From a virus: a DNA stretch of 64,000 nt. Where the stretch lies: the UHGV virus genome UHGV-0240317. One strand, given 5' to 3'. The notes below the pieces were generated by a model. The model was given only the letters and a program-made list of their open reading frames with translations, ran no database searches and was not told where the DNA came from. Made by a program: the position numbers and the translations under genes. This document shows, in pieces, positions 28,066 to 37,978 of this stretch; within the stretch, counting starts at the first letter, position 1, and each line of letters begins with the position of its first letter.

Positions 28066-28457
28066 TTAAACACCACCTGACAAGGAACCTGTTTAGTAAT
28101 AAATTCTTCACAGTGCTCTTTAATGAAGTTTTGTAGTGGCACACAGTCTTGTGCACAAGTCATTAGCATAATGTACTCTGGATTCATGATGTTTTCAAGA
28201 CTGTAGAAGACAACATCATCAGATAGTTCGTGACCATCTTCTTCAGACCAAGTTCCAGTGACTACAGCTAATTTGTCAAGCAATTCATTAGGCAATGCTA
28301 CACCATCTTCTACAGAATCACTTAGAACGTTGTCGCCGATATACAATGTGAAGACCGTGTGGAATGTTGAGTATCTTACATGATTCTTTTCACAAGAGCC
28401 ACACTCTGAGGCATAATCTTTAATCCACTCTAACTGTTTTTGGCTCAACTTAATCAT
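28062..28457 (-). CDS. hypothetical protein
   Basis: ORF track. Confidence 0.55.
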   Translation of the reverse strand: MIKLSQKQLEWIKDYASECGSCEKNHVRYSTFHTVFTLYIGDNVLSDSVEDGVALPNELLDKLAVVTGTWSEEDGHELSDDVVFYSLENIMNPEYIMLMTCAQDCVPLQNFIKEHCEEFITKQVPCQVVFK

Positions 28458-28654
28458 AATTTCACCTTAGTTGGTAATGCACTGAATGCTATGACTAACC
28501 CTAAAAATGGTTTGAAGCATGACCATAAATCCATCTGACCATGATATGAGAAACTCCATTGTGGGTCTGAAAAACCCCATACCATAACACTAACCCCAAA
28601 GAAGAAGACTAGAATATGGAGTATGTATATCAACGCTTTTGATATCTTAAACAT
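28454..28654 (-). CDS. hypothetical small membrane protein
   Basis: two hydrophobic segments. Confidence 0.45.
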   Translation of the reverse strand: MFKISKALIYILHILVFFFGVSVMVWGFSDPQWSFSYHGQMDLWSCFKPFLGLVIAFSALPTKVKL

Positions 28655-28807
28655 TTTAACTTACCTTTCAATTCGCAATAAGAGAGTCATAAAAAGAACC
28701 CTAGTAAGACAGAACCTATGAACAACCCAATAATACTCTCTGCCATATCTAACATCCAATAAAAAGGTGATGTAAGCCTATCAAGACTCACACCACCATG
28801 TCAAGTT

Positions 28808-29755
28808 TTACATAGAAACCCTATCCTTAATTTCTGCCATCTTAGCGTCATTCATTCGAGACTGACCTTTAATTTTTGTGAATGACAAGTACCCGCACAC
28901 CCTGTTAATCACAGAGATATCGTGTGAATGGCAAACCTCACACTCTTCAACATCAGCCTTTGGTCTGTTACCACAATGTTCACAGATTGCTAAGTCAAAG
29001 TTAAGTCCCTGATAGAAACCTTTCAACATCCCTCTTGTAATACAACTTTTAAGTGCTGATAAGTTTTCTGGATTAGCTACCCTTACATACTGGATTCTGC
29101 CGCCTCTACAGATATGGAAGAAGGGTTCTTCTAAGTCCTGCTTCTCAAATGGTGAGATGTTTGCTGCAACATTCATATGGAAACTGTTTGTGAAGTATTC
29201 CTTGTCAGAAACACCTTTAATAATCCCAAACATCTCTCTGAACTGTTTTAGCTGAGTTCCGCAAAGTGATTCTGCTGGAGTACCATAGACGGCATATAAG
29301 AAGCCATCTTCATTTTTAAACTCTTCGGTTTTCATGTTGATGTATGCCAGAACATCATATGCAAAGCTATAGTTTCCAACTTCATGAAGTCGTTTACCTT
29401 CAGCAAGAACAGACAACTCATCAAGCGCAGTAACACCAAAAGAAGCTGTGAAGGACTTCACAATATCCCAACCAACCTTGTCAGTAGGCTTCTTAGTTCC
29501 TTTGTACAGACCACCTTGTGTAAATGCAAGAGGGTTAGAACTTGCTGGCATATTAGCAATCATTTCATAGCGTTTCTTGTGGAAACTACGAATCATCTCT
29601 AGGTACTTATCAAGCTCTTTCCAGAAATCTAAACCATTCTCTTTAGAGTACTGGTAAATCATCGGTAAGTTCAAAGATACAGCACCAATGTTTGCACGAC
29701 CTACATAAAACTCTTCACCATATTCGTTATGGTATGGTGATAAAAATGCTCTACA
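28808..29755 (-). CDS. nrdD: anaerobic ribonucleoside-triphosphate reductase, exon 2
   Basis: begins CRAFLSPY..., matching T4 NrdD ...SPMG|CRSFL; C-terminal Zn site CEHCG..CEVC and glycyl-radical RVCGYL. Confidence 0.85.
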   Translation of the reverse strand, partial: CRAFLSPYHNEYGEEFYVGRANIGAVSLNLPMIYQYSKENGLDFWKELDKYLEMIRSFHKKRYEMIANMPASSNPLAFTQGGLYKGTKKPTDKVGWDIVKSFTASFGVTALDELSVLAEGKRLHEVGNYSFAYDVLAYINMKTEEFKNEDGFLYAVYGTPAESLCGTQLKQFREMFGIIKGVSDKEYFTNSFHMNVAANISPFEKQDLEEPFFHICRGGRIQYVRVANPENLSALKSCITRGMLKGFYQGLNFDLAICEHCGNRPKADVEECEVCHSHDISVINRVCGYLSFTKIKGQSRMNDAKMAEIKDRVSM

Positions 29756-30497
29756 CTTGTTGTTCAGGTAAGTTCGCTAAGCTTACCCCGCTTTATTCAA
29801 GCTGCTTACTGTCGCCAGTAAGTCCAGACTATATCTTCTACTTATTTCTAAGTAGCGTACCATTTCGAGTCGCTTGACCCTACACCGCTACATTCATCAC
29901 GGTTAGTCGTTCGGCATTTAGATGTATTCAAACTCATATTCGAAGTTATTATGCTCTTTTACACCCTTCAATATTGAAGAGATGGTCTTGCGATTGTGTC
30001 CAAGTATATTGGATAACTCTCGTATTGACTTAGTAACAATAACTTCCTTTGTCACTTTGTGTGTGGCTTTCACGGCATATGAACGCTTGTGGAACTTGTA
30101 GCACCCGTTCTCATAACCCTCTTTAGCATTCTCAGAATGAGTACCCCATTCTAAGTTGGATGCGTGGTTATTTAGTTTGTTATCGTCCTTATGTTTTACA
30201 ATTGGAAGATTATTTGGGTTAGGTACATATTTCTCAGCAACTAACCTGTGGACATACATGTCACGATTCTTCTTACCGTAAAACCTCACTTTCATATACC
30301 CAGTGTTGGATTTCCACTGCGTAAGCTCTACACCATTTTCCCTAAAGACTTTTCTATCTTCAGTGACGTGATAGTTTGGCATGTAAGACTCCTATGTTGT
30401 ATAGTTTCTTACATCGTACATCATTTAGCACAGGATTGTCTACATCTGTAGAGTTTCCCTGTTTAGGCACGTTTTAGATGAGCTATAGAGCTTGTTA
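29756..30497 (-). mobile_element. group I intron in nrdD carrying an HNH endonuclease ORF
   Basis: exon 1 ends with U, intron ends with G, S-like element GAAGATATAGTCTGG; boundaries inferred. Confidence 0.75.
29918..30382 (-). CDS. intron-encoded HNH homing endonuclease
   Basis: HRLVAEKYVPNPNNLPIVKHKDDNKLNNHASNLEWGTHSEN HNH motif. Confidence 0.85.
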   Translation of the reverse strand: MPNYHVTEDRKVFRENGVELTQWKSNTGYMKVRFYGKKNRDMYVHRLVAEKYVPNPNNLPIVKHKDDNKLNNHASNLEWGTHSENAKEGYENGCYKFHKRSYAVKATHKVTKEVIVTKSIRELSNILGHNRKTISSILKGVKEHNNFEYEFEYI

Positions 30498-31694
30498 ACC
30501 CATCGGTGAAATAACCTTACCAGAACGCTCAAAAGCCTCTGCTACAGCACCATGACCAGATACACTTAAGAAGTCTGGATACATTGCTTTAGAGCAACAC
30601 TCAATAGCTTTACTGTACAGGTGACTTTGACAGATATTTTCATCATGTCTCTTCTGGTCATAAATATAAACCAGTTTAGGGAATACAACAGGTTTTTTGC
30701 TCTTGCCTTGTCCATTCATACGAACATCTAGGAGAGTACTTGCAATCATGTATTGTAGTCGATTATCCTCATTAGACATATCTGAGTCAAGTAAACCAAA
30801 TGTTAAAGTTGTGAATGCAAAATCACCACGGCTACAAGGTACGGTATTTAGTTTCATCTCAAGTGACTGAAAACCTTGAGTCAGTTCAATTTGTAACTGC
30901 TCCATTACATAATTGTGGTAATGCTCTTTAGGAATACCATAAGATGATGCTTTCTCAGCATGATAGCGTAGAGACTTCTTAGCATACGGTACAAGTACCT
31001 TATCAATCTCTGCTAAAGTAAAACCACCAAATTGCTGTGCAGTTGCTGAAAGTACTACGTCACCAATAACCTGCAACGCTGACAGTACAGATTTAGGTTC
31101 ACAGTACTCAATGCCGGACATTTCAAAGCCACCTTTTAGTACTTTACCAATGTCAAACAGGCAACAGTTAATACCACCAAAAATCAGGTCTCTCAAATCG
31201 TGGATATAGATAAAGCCTTTCTCAATGGCTTCAAGTTCCTCTGGTGTTAGATGATACTGTTTAAAGATTTCTTTAGTCAGGTAACCACGGATAATTGAAC
31301 CTTTCGTAGAAATTAAACTGCTGTCAAAGTTAGCATTTTCACGGTCACCTAAGAAGAGTGTATCTTTGGTCTTCTGGTAAAGCTCATCCCAATTTTGAGC
31401 AACTTCTTTACGGTAATTTCTATATGTTGAGTAAGACTCATAAATCTCGTGATTGACTTCTGCCAAAGCACCCTCAACAATACTGTGAATATCATTTACA
31501 GAAATTAGCAAATTATTCTGCTTAGTGGACTTTACCAGAATCCTCATAAATGCTGACTCAAGAGCTTGGGTAACATCTGGTGGAAGTTCTTTATATCCAA
31601 CCCTGTTAGCTGACTTTGTGACTGCTGCTAAAACTTTTTTGATATCAGGTTCTTCAAGTGAGCCATTCTTTTTAATAATCTGTACTTTGTTCAT
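30498..31694 (-). CDS. nrdD: anaerobic ribonucleoside-triphosphate reductase, exon 1
   Basis: GGINCCLFDIGKVL and ...AMYPDFLSVSGHG...KVISPMG align with T4 NrdD. Confidence 0.85.
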
Positions 31695-31713
31695 TATTAC
31701 CCCTTTACATGCT

Positions 31714-31736
31714 AAAAAGGTCTCCGAAGAGACCCT
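31714..31736 (-). terminator. rho-independent terminator
   Basis: GGTCTC-cgaa-GAGACC with T-run on the minus strand. Confidence 0.6.
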
Positions 31737-31742
31737 TTCATT

Positions 31743-31949
31743 TTAAATCTTTTTAGAAAACTTCGCAAAGAGTTCTCTTAGTTTTTCAGCGATACCTAAC
31801 TGTATCTCTAATATTTCGAAGATAACCCATAGTAACATGGCTCCAAACAATGAACCTTGTTCAAAGTCAGTAAATAGGTTAACGATAAGCATACCAATCA
31901 CAATAGCTGGTGCATCAACAACCAAACCTTCCCAAATGCGTTTAAGCAT
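31743..31949 (-). CDS. hypothetical small membrane protein
   Basis: hydrophobic helices. Confidence 0.5.
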   Translation of the reverse strand: MLKRIWEGLVVDAPAIVIGMLIVNLFTDFEQGSLFGAMLLWVIFEILEIQLGIAEKLRELFAKFSKKI

Positions 31950-32184
31950 TATTCACCTCTGCCATAAAATTCTGTAGCGTACCAACAGGTTTTAGGTTTT
32001 GTCCATCAGTTTTCATGATGAATGGCATCTGACGAACTGGCATCTGTGCAATATCCATCAGGTCTGATAGTTCATAGTCCTGCCCTAACATTCTCACAAC
32101 ATGGTCAATACCACGAGCTTTTGCAAAATTCTTTGCAGTCTCACACTGAGGGCATCCAGTTTTGGAGTAAATTACATAAGTCAT
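31942..32184 (-). CDS. glutaredoxin/NrdH-like redoxin
   Basis: CPQC active-site motif in an ~80 aa protein next to nrdB. Confidence 0.75.
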   Translation of the reverse strand: MTYVIYSKTGCPQCETAKNFAKARGIDHVVRMLGQDYELSDLMDIAQMPVRQMPFIMKTDGQNLKPVGTLQNFMAEVNNA

Positions 32185-33257
32185 TAAGGAACCTCTAAAA
32201 ATCCACTATTCAAATCATCTACAACAGTATTCAACAGGTACGCACCGTTCTGTTGCTCCTGATTAGCATTCTGCTCTTTATCAATTTCCATCTTCTTAAT
32301 CATGTACTTCAAAGGTGGTTCTTTAGGAGCTACAAAATCTCTGGGAATGCCAAACATATCATACAGTGGTGCAGCATTATAGTAAACCCACTCATGAAGA
32401 AGCTTTGTATTTAAGCCAACTACAGCACGTCCTTCGGAGAAGATATAATACGACCATTTCTCTTCACTTTCAACTACTTCATCTAAGATTACTTTAATCT
32501 CTGGAAGAATTTGTTGAAAAGCTTTCTGCCATTCATCATCTCTTAAAGTTTCTTTTAAAACTTCAATATCAATTTTAGTGTGAAGGATTTCGTCAAGCAT
32601 AATTTTCTGAACAGCTTGAGCAATACCCTGAAATTTATCTTGAGCATCAAGTGCAAAAGTACATGCAAAGGATGCCATAAAAGATATGCCTTCAAGTGCA
32701 GTCACTGCAAATAGACCTTTCAGAATCACTTTATGGAAGTGTAAAGGGTCTTTGTCCAGAAGTGAATCACGGACATAACTCAGTCGATAGTTTATACCTT
32801 CATCCAGTAATTCTTCAAGAACACGATTCACAGTTTTTAATCGGTCTTGTACAGCAATGTTCTGGTTAATCTCATCTAAGATTGTTTCAGGATTTTTAAT
32901 ACACTGTCTTACAATCTCCGAGTAAGTAAGAGCATGTAGGTTTTCAATCTCAGACTGCTTCATAATTGCAGTTGCATAGATGTCATCAGAGATGAATGGT
33001 GCAAAAGCAAACGCTAAACTCTTAGCAACTTGGGTATCTGCTTCCCACTGCCACTTAAGAATCTCAAGCATTACACCTGACATTGATGCTGGTACACTCT
33101 CAAAATCAAGACGTGATTGTTCAAAAGGGAACTCATCTTCTGACCAGTCTTGTGCTTTTTGTTGTTTATAGAGTTCAAAGATTTTTGGGTAGTGCTTGTT
33201 AAGTGAGTCAAATGTCTTTCTCTCACCACCTAAAAAGATTGGGTGCTGGTTAATCAT
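32184..33257 (-). CDS. nrdB: ribonucleotide reductase class I small subunit
   Basis: ~357 aa, adjacent to nrdA; start taken at MINQHP with AAGGAG RBS. Confidence 0.75.
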   Translation of the reverse strand: MINQHPIFLGGERKTFDSLNKHYPKIFELYKQQKAQDWSEDEFPFEQSRLDFESVPASMSGVMLEILKWQWEADTQVAKSLAFAFAPFISDDIYATAIMKQSEIENLHALTYSEIVRQCIKNPETILDEINQNIAVQDRLKTVNRVLEELLDEGINYRLSYVRDSLLDKDPLHFHKVILKGLFAVTALEGISFMASFACTFALDAQDKFQGIAQAVQKIMLDEILHTKIDIEVLKETLRDDEWQKAFQQILPEIKVILDEVVESEEKWSYYIFSEGRAVVGLNTKLLHEWVYYNAAPLYDMFGIPRDFVAPKEPPLKYMIKKMEIDKEQNANQEQQNGAYLLNTVVDDLNSGFLEVP

Positions 33258-33595
33258 AGCGTGATTTCTCCTTTCTTTATCATTTCTAAGGCTTGTTTTC
33301 TGTCTAAAACTTCCCAATTTTCTTTGTTAAACATCTCATAAGGTCTTGCATAGATTTTACCATCTGCTGTAGAGATGTAAGAGATACCAGCAACCCATGA
33401 GTCATCATTTTGTTTTATCATCATGTCTGTGCTACTCACATAGTACATCGTTTTCCGAGGCTTGTGGAGCAAGTATATTGGTCGCTCATGTTTTTCTATT
33501 AAATCTTTCATGGTCTCTCCAAAGTTATTTTTAGAGGGTCTTTTACGACCCTCATAGTTATTAAAACTAAACACCACAACCCTCGCAATAGGCAT
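33254..33595 (-). CDS. hypothetical protein
   Basis: ORF track; overlaps nrdA stop and nrdB start. Confidence 0.5.
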   Translation of the reverse strand: MPIARVVVFSFNNYEGRKRPSKNNFGETMKDLIEKHERPIYLLHKPRKTMYYVSSTDMMIKQNDDSWVAGISYISTADGKIYARPYEMFNKENWEVLDRKQALEMIKKGEITL

Positions 33596-35801
33596 CTTGC
33601 AGTGCAGACTTACCTACACCGATGCGACTGTTAAGGTAGTACATGGTTTTCATACCTACCGAGTTGGCATAAATCATGTACTTCAAAGCTTGAGCCAATG
33701 ATACCTTCTTAGACTTTGCATAGTCAACATAGAAGTCTGAAGAGATAGCTTGACCAGTGAACTTTTGAACAATTGCATAACAATCAATCAGGTCAAAGGT
33801 GTCAATACCCCAAGCAATTTCATATACATACTTCAACTCTTCATAATCTGGAACAATAAACAGTACATTACCAGTTGCAGACTTTTTAGTTAAAATAAAG
33901 TCACGAATTGGGTACAATCCATTTGTTGTATTAGTCGCCAGTGAAGAACTCTCATTAGGCATATAAGCCTCAAGTACAGAGTTTCGGATTCCACCATTTT
34001 CTTTGATACGTTGTGCTAAGTCATCCCAATCATATCGTAGTTTTGCATCATGCTTTTCATCAATCTTCTTGTTGGCTGTCTTTGGAGGAACCCAGCCTTC
34101 AGGATACTTAGTGAACTTCATGTACTCTGGAACTCCACGCTCTTTAGCAAGTCTCAGAGAGGCTTCGTGTAAGTAGTAAGAGTGCATTTCAGCAAGCTCA
34201 TGAAGCTTCGTCTTACCTGCTCTTGAAGAGTAGTTCACGTAGTTTTTTGCAAGGTAATGAGCCACATTTGTAAGGCCAATACCAACAGAACGACGCTTCT
34301 GAACATGGTTACGCATCGACGGATACGGATAATCCATAAGGTCAATAACGGAGTCAACCATTGCAAGAGCATAATAAGCAACGTCAGCGTATTCATCTTC
34401 TGAAATTCTCCCTGCAACCAAACTAGCTAGGAAGCAAAGAGCTACCTCACCATCCTCTTTCACAGCATCATCTCTGTAAAGGTCTGTCTCTTTCTCAAAG
34501 CCGTACACTGGCAACACAATTTCCATACAAAGATTTGACATCTTCAAAGGTTCTTTAAATGGCGTATGTGTGTTTGCATTATTCGTGAAGAATGGGTACA
34601 CACGGCCTGTTGCATAACGCTGCTGGATAAACAGTTTAGCAATTTCACGAGCCTTTACTCGTCTGTGCTTAACACCTGAATGGACTGCGTGACCAACTGC
34701 CATAGCAAACTCATCAGCAGATGCTGTGTAGAACATGTCATAGAGTTTTGGTGCATCCTTGTAAGAGAATAGCAACCAGTCTGTATCATATTGAACACAC
34801 TGCCAGAAATAATCATTTGTACCAAATGAGTAGTCCATCTCGTTAATACGTTTCGAAGGAACCGTTGTAGGGTGCTTCAAACGCAGTAAATCTTCAATCT
34901 GCGGGTCTAGAGCAGTATAGAAGTTGTTAGCTGAACCACCACGACTCTTCTGTTTGTTTGCCTCTACAGATGAACGTACAAGCTTGTAATAAGGTAGCTT
35001 ACCCATGTGTTCAATAGTATTTTGACGGATACCATCACCAATAGTGCGAGTCTCCATCAGCATCCCGATACCAGCTTGCTTTGTAGTCATATCATAAGCA
35101 ACCTTTGCAGCAATACCGAGAGATTCAGCGGTATCATTCGCCTTAATCAAACAGCATGACGCATAACCTGATTTAGTGGCTCTTAAACCATTCAGGTAAG
35201 GAGTAGGAGCGTTAATCTTCAGGTCAGATAGGTAAGTGTACAGCTTGATAACATCTTGCAGTCTACGGTGCTTTGGTTGCTTCTCAAAGGCTTTCATAGC
35301 CATACCCATAAACATAAATTGTGGTGACTCAAAAAGTCTTCCCGTTTTAATATCACGGATACCATACTTGTCTCTGAACTGTTTCAGGACTGCATAACCA
35401 TAAGAGATATCTTTTGAGTGCACAATGTACCCTTGCAGGTATTCAAGCTCTTCCTGAGAATAGTCCATCTTCTCCCAAAGTCCTGCTCTCTCCATATTTT
35501 TAACGAAGGTAACCAGCGTAGGAACCTTAGTAAAACCTCCAAAGGCTTCTTTGTAGATAATTCCCAGAAGTAGCCGTCCAGCCATATCTGAGTACTCTTG
35601 AGTTTGTTTATCAACACAAACATCAATCATGGCTTGGTGCATCTCTTTTGTAGTGCAACCTTCATAGACACGTTTCATGGCTTCCATAGTGACTTCTGAC
35701 CAGATGATTCCGCGCTTATCTGCCCATGATGCCCACTTATTCAGTCTTTCTGGGTCAAAGCTTACTACTGTACCGTTTGATTTTTTAATTGTCTTAATCA
35801 T
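33567..35801 (-). CDS. nrdA: ribonucleotide reductase class I large subunit
   Basis: N-terminal ATP-cone-like region; SNLCMEIVLP active-site motif; 744 aa. Confidence 0.9.
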   Translation of the reverse strand: MIKTIKKSNGTVVSFDPERLNKWASWADKRGIIWSEVTMEAMKRVYEGCTTKEMHQAMIDVCVDKQTQEYSDMAGRLLLGIIYKEAFGGFTKVPTLVTFVKNMERAGLWEKMDYSQEELEYLQGYIVHSKDISYGYAVLKQFRDKYGIRDIKTGRLFESPQFMFMGMAMKAFEKQPKHRRLQDVIKLYTYLSDLKINAPTPYLNGLRATKSGYASCCLIKANDTAESLGIAAKVAYDMTTKQAGIGMLMETRTIGDGIRQNTIEHMGKLPYYKLVRSSVEANKQKSRGGSANNFYTALDPQIEDLLRLKHPTTVPSKRINEMDYSFGTNDYFWQCVQYDTDWLLFSYKDAPKLYDMFYTASADEFAMAVGHAVHSGVKHRRVKAREIAKLFIQQRYATGRVYPFFTNNANTHTPFKEPLKMSNLCMEIVLPVYGFEKETDLYRDDAVKEDGEVALCFLASLVAGRISEDEYADVAYYALAMVDSVIDLMDYPYPSMRNHVQKRRSVGIGLTNVAHYLAKNYVNYSSRAGKTKLHELAEMHSYYLHEASLRLAKERGVPEYMKFTKYPEGWVPPKTANKKIDEKHDAKLRYDWDDLAQRIKENGGIRNSVLEAYMPNESSSLATNTTNGLYPIRDFILTKKSATGNVLFIVPDYEELKYVYEIAWGIDTFDLIDCYAIVQKFTGQAISSDFYVDYAKSKKVSLAQALKYMIYANSVGMKTMYYLNSRIGVGKSALQDAYCEGCGV

Positions 35802-35817
35802 TTTTGAATCCTACAGA

Positions 35818-35842
35818 TGAAAAGAGCCTCCGAAGAGGCTCC
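35818..35842 (-). terminator. rho-independent terminator
   Basis: GAGCCTC-cgaa-GAGGCTC with T-run on the minus strand. Confidence 0.6.
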
Positions 35843-35847
35843 CTAGT

Positions 35848-36183
35848 TTAAATCTTGAAAATTTGCTCATTCTGCCACATATCGTAAAACTTATCACTTA
35901 CTTTTGTGACTGAAGAGGCGTGCATACAATTTAGGAACCATGACGGTGTACTAGCATCCATAATTGTTTCAAGTTTTTGTGTGACATTCACATCCATGTC
36001 TGCAACAACGTAATTGCCTCGCATCTTGCAAACAATTCTTCCAAACAAGATTGCACTTCTACCTCTTCTGTCGTCACAGTACATAACTGTGTCTCCGTGC
36101 TTAACATCTTGTCCGATACTATCAACACCTAATTTAGCACCTGAGATAATGTCATCATAAGATAGCTTTTTTGCTTTAGGCAC
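35848..36183 (-). CDS. hypothetical protein
   Basis: ORF track. Confidence 0.55.
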   Translation of the reverse strand: MPKAKKLSYDDIISGAKLGVDSIGQDVKHGDTVMYCDDRRGRSAILFGRIVCKMRGNYVVADMDVNVTQKLETIMDASTPSWFLNCMHASSVTKVSDKFYDMWQNEQIFKI

Positions 36184-36508
36184 GGTATTTCTCCAAGTTT
36201 CTTTTTAGATATAACCAACCATAGTCAGTTCTTTCTACACCCATGAAGAGTGGAGCCATTACAACTTTACCAAAAGTATTCCTGTGTTGACAGATTTCAA
36301 AAGAATACTCTTTCTCAATATCAATCCCGTATTTGTACAGGACTGCTTTTAAAACTTGTTCATTATCCAGAAGTGTATCTGGAGTCTCACCATACTTCTC
36401 AAGTAACGGGTCATTCATAAACACCGTCATAGAGATATTGTAGTTTGAGAAGTGGCTCTTCTGAGACACACCTTCTTTATTAATGTTCTGTGAATCCATT
36501 ATAACCAA
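36176..36508 (-). CDS. hypothetical protein
   Basis: ORF track. Confidence 0.55.
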   Translation of the reverse strand: MVIMDSQNINKEGVSQKSHFSNYNISMTVFMNDPLLEKYGETPDTLLDNEQVLKAVLYKYGIDIEKEYSFEICQHRNTFGKVVMAPLFMGVERTDYGWLYLKRNLEKYRA

Positions 36509-37235
36509 CCCCTTTTAACCAGCACTTCAGGTTATTAGCATCATAATTCAGTTTCGGGTATGAGGTTACATGGAACTGCTCACCATCATAGTAGACAATA
36601 TCTGCAATCCATAGTCCATTCTCTTTACAGAAGTCTTTATCTGCTTTAGAGGTAATTGGATTAACTTCTACAAAACCATCTACACCCAAATCCTTTAAGC
36701 TACATACAATACCTTTGCAGATAACGCATGTGTCAGATACTACCACAAAAAGTTCTTGGCTTTCAAGTTCTACAATGTATTCACCAAGCTGAACTTTAGG
36801 GAGATTAGATTGCTTCATAATCTTCCCATCGGCTGCGCGAACAATTGCATACCACTCTTTACCATCAACTACTGACATTCTGATGATACACTCTTGACCA
36901 GTACGCTTCTCAATATCTGCAAGACGTTTTAAAGCTTCTTCATAGTCGTCTGTGTACTTCAGGTCATTATTATGGCAAACGGCTTCCATAGCGCCATTGT
37001 GGTCATGCTGTGACAGGTAAATCAAACCGTCAAGAACATATTGCAAATCTGCCTGAGCATCCAATGTCTCAATGGGGTCTTTCTCTTCAATTGCTTTTAC
37101 AAGCTCTTTTGCTTCTTCAAGCATACACAGAGATTGAGATTTCAAAGATTCCCAATACTCATTACTGTAGGGTTGCTTTTGAGTGTTTCCACAACGAAGG
37201 TTCCAGTTTTTTACTGATTCTCTTGAGTTAAACAT
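36480..37235 (-). CDS. hypothetical protein, possible MazG-like N-terminal region
   Basis: EEAKELVKAIEEKD...DLQYVL weakly MazG-like. Confidence 0.4.
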   Translation of the reverse strand: MFNSRESVKNWNLRCGNTQKQPYSNEYWESLKSQSLCMLEEAKELVKAIEEKDPIETLDAQADLQYVLDGLIYLSQHDHNGAMEAVCHNNDLKYTDDYEEALKRLADIEKRTGQECIIRMSVVDGKEWYAIVRAADGKIMKQSNLPKVQLGEYIVELESQELFVVVSDTCVICKGIVCSLKDLGVDGFVEVNPITSKADKDFCKENGLWIADIVYYDGEQFHVTSYPKLNYDANNLKCWLKGVGYNGFTEH

Positions 37236-37459
37236 TCGGACTCCTTAAAATATCTGTTAACTTTTAGCTCTCGTGTTTCAATATATTCTAGATGCTCACG
37301 TAGCTCTTGGCGTTTAAGCATTAGGTGCTGCATTTGAGATTCAACAGCTTCAACTTCTTTAATTATCGACTCTCTAGCATTTGCAAGAGTTCGCTCAAGT
37401 TCTTCAATCTTGCTGTCAACCTTTGCTACATGACTCACAGCTTTATTTTTGTTAAACAT
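37211..37459 (-). CDS. hypothetical coiled-coil protein
   Basis: start at MFNKNK with GAGAGAG RBS. Confidence 0.5.
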   Translation of the reverse strand: MFNKNKAVSHVAKVDSKIEELERTLANARESIIKEVEAVESQMQHLMLKRQELREHLEYIETRELKVNRYFKESECLTQENQ

Positions 37460-37480
37460 TTTATTCTCTCTCAATAGTTA

Positions 37481-37978
37481 TCAAGCACAATTTGCTTTCA
37501 TTACCTTATGGATTCTTTTTTCAGCATCTTCATAAGTTTCTTTAGTAATAAACTTAATTGCTGCAATATTGGCATTGTAGAAGAGCCTGAGCTTCGAGTC
37601 AATCCTTTTTGTCATTACATCGAATTTATGTTGAAGGTTTGCTTCACCATAGACTAGACCACCTTTTGTGTAGTAGGTTTGAATAATGTAAAAATCAAAA
37701 GATTCTTTTCCAAAGCTTTCAATATCTTTTTTAATATACTCAGAAGAGGTTTCGTAAGTCATCCAATCACTCTCCTTAGTGACTACCTTCTTCCGAGTCT
37801 TCCCAGCAACTTTTCTTTTTGTCACACTGTTAAGCTGTTTCTTTCCGATATAATATTGTCCAGTCTTCTTACAGTGCACTAAATAGACAAAGCCAAAATG
37901 TTTAGTGGGGTCAACTTCCCCACATAAAGATACCCAATGACCGTAGGTAGGGCAATTGCCAAATCCTTTAATCTTCAT
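37481..37978 (-). CDS. GIY-YIG domain protein (putative Seg-like endonuclease)
   Basis: FVYLVHCKKTGQYYIGKK resembles the GIY-(10-11)-YIG motif. Confidence 0.45.
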   Translation of the reverse strand: MKIKGFGNCPTYGHWVSLCGEVDPTKHFGFVYLVHCKKTGQYYIGKKQLNSVTKRKVAGKTRKKVVTKESDWMTYETSSEYIKKDIESFGKESFDFYIIQTYYTKGGLVYGEANLQHKFDVMTKRIDSKLRLFYNANIAAIKFITKETYEDAEKRIHKVMKANCA

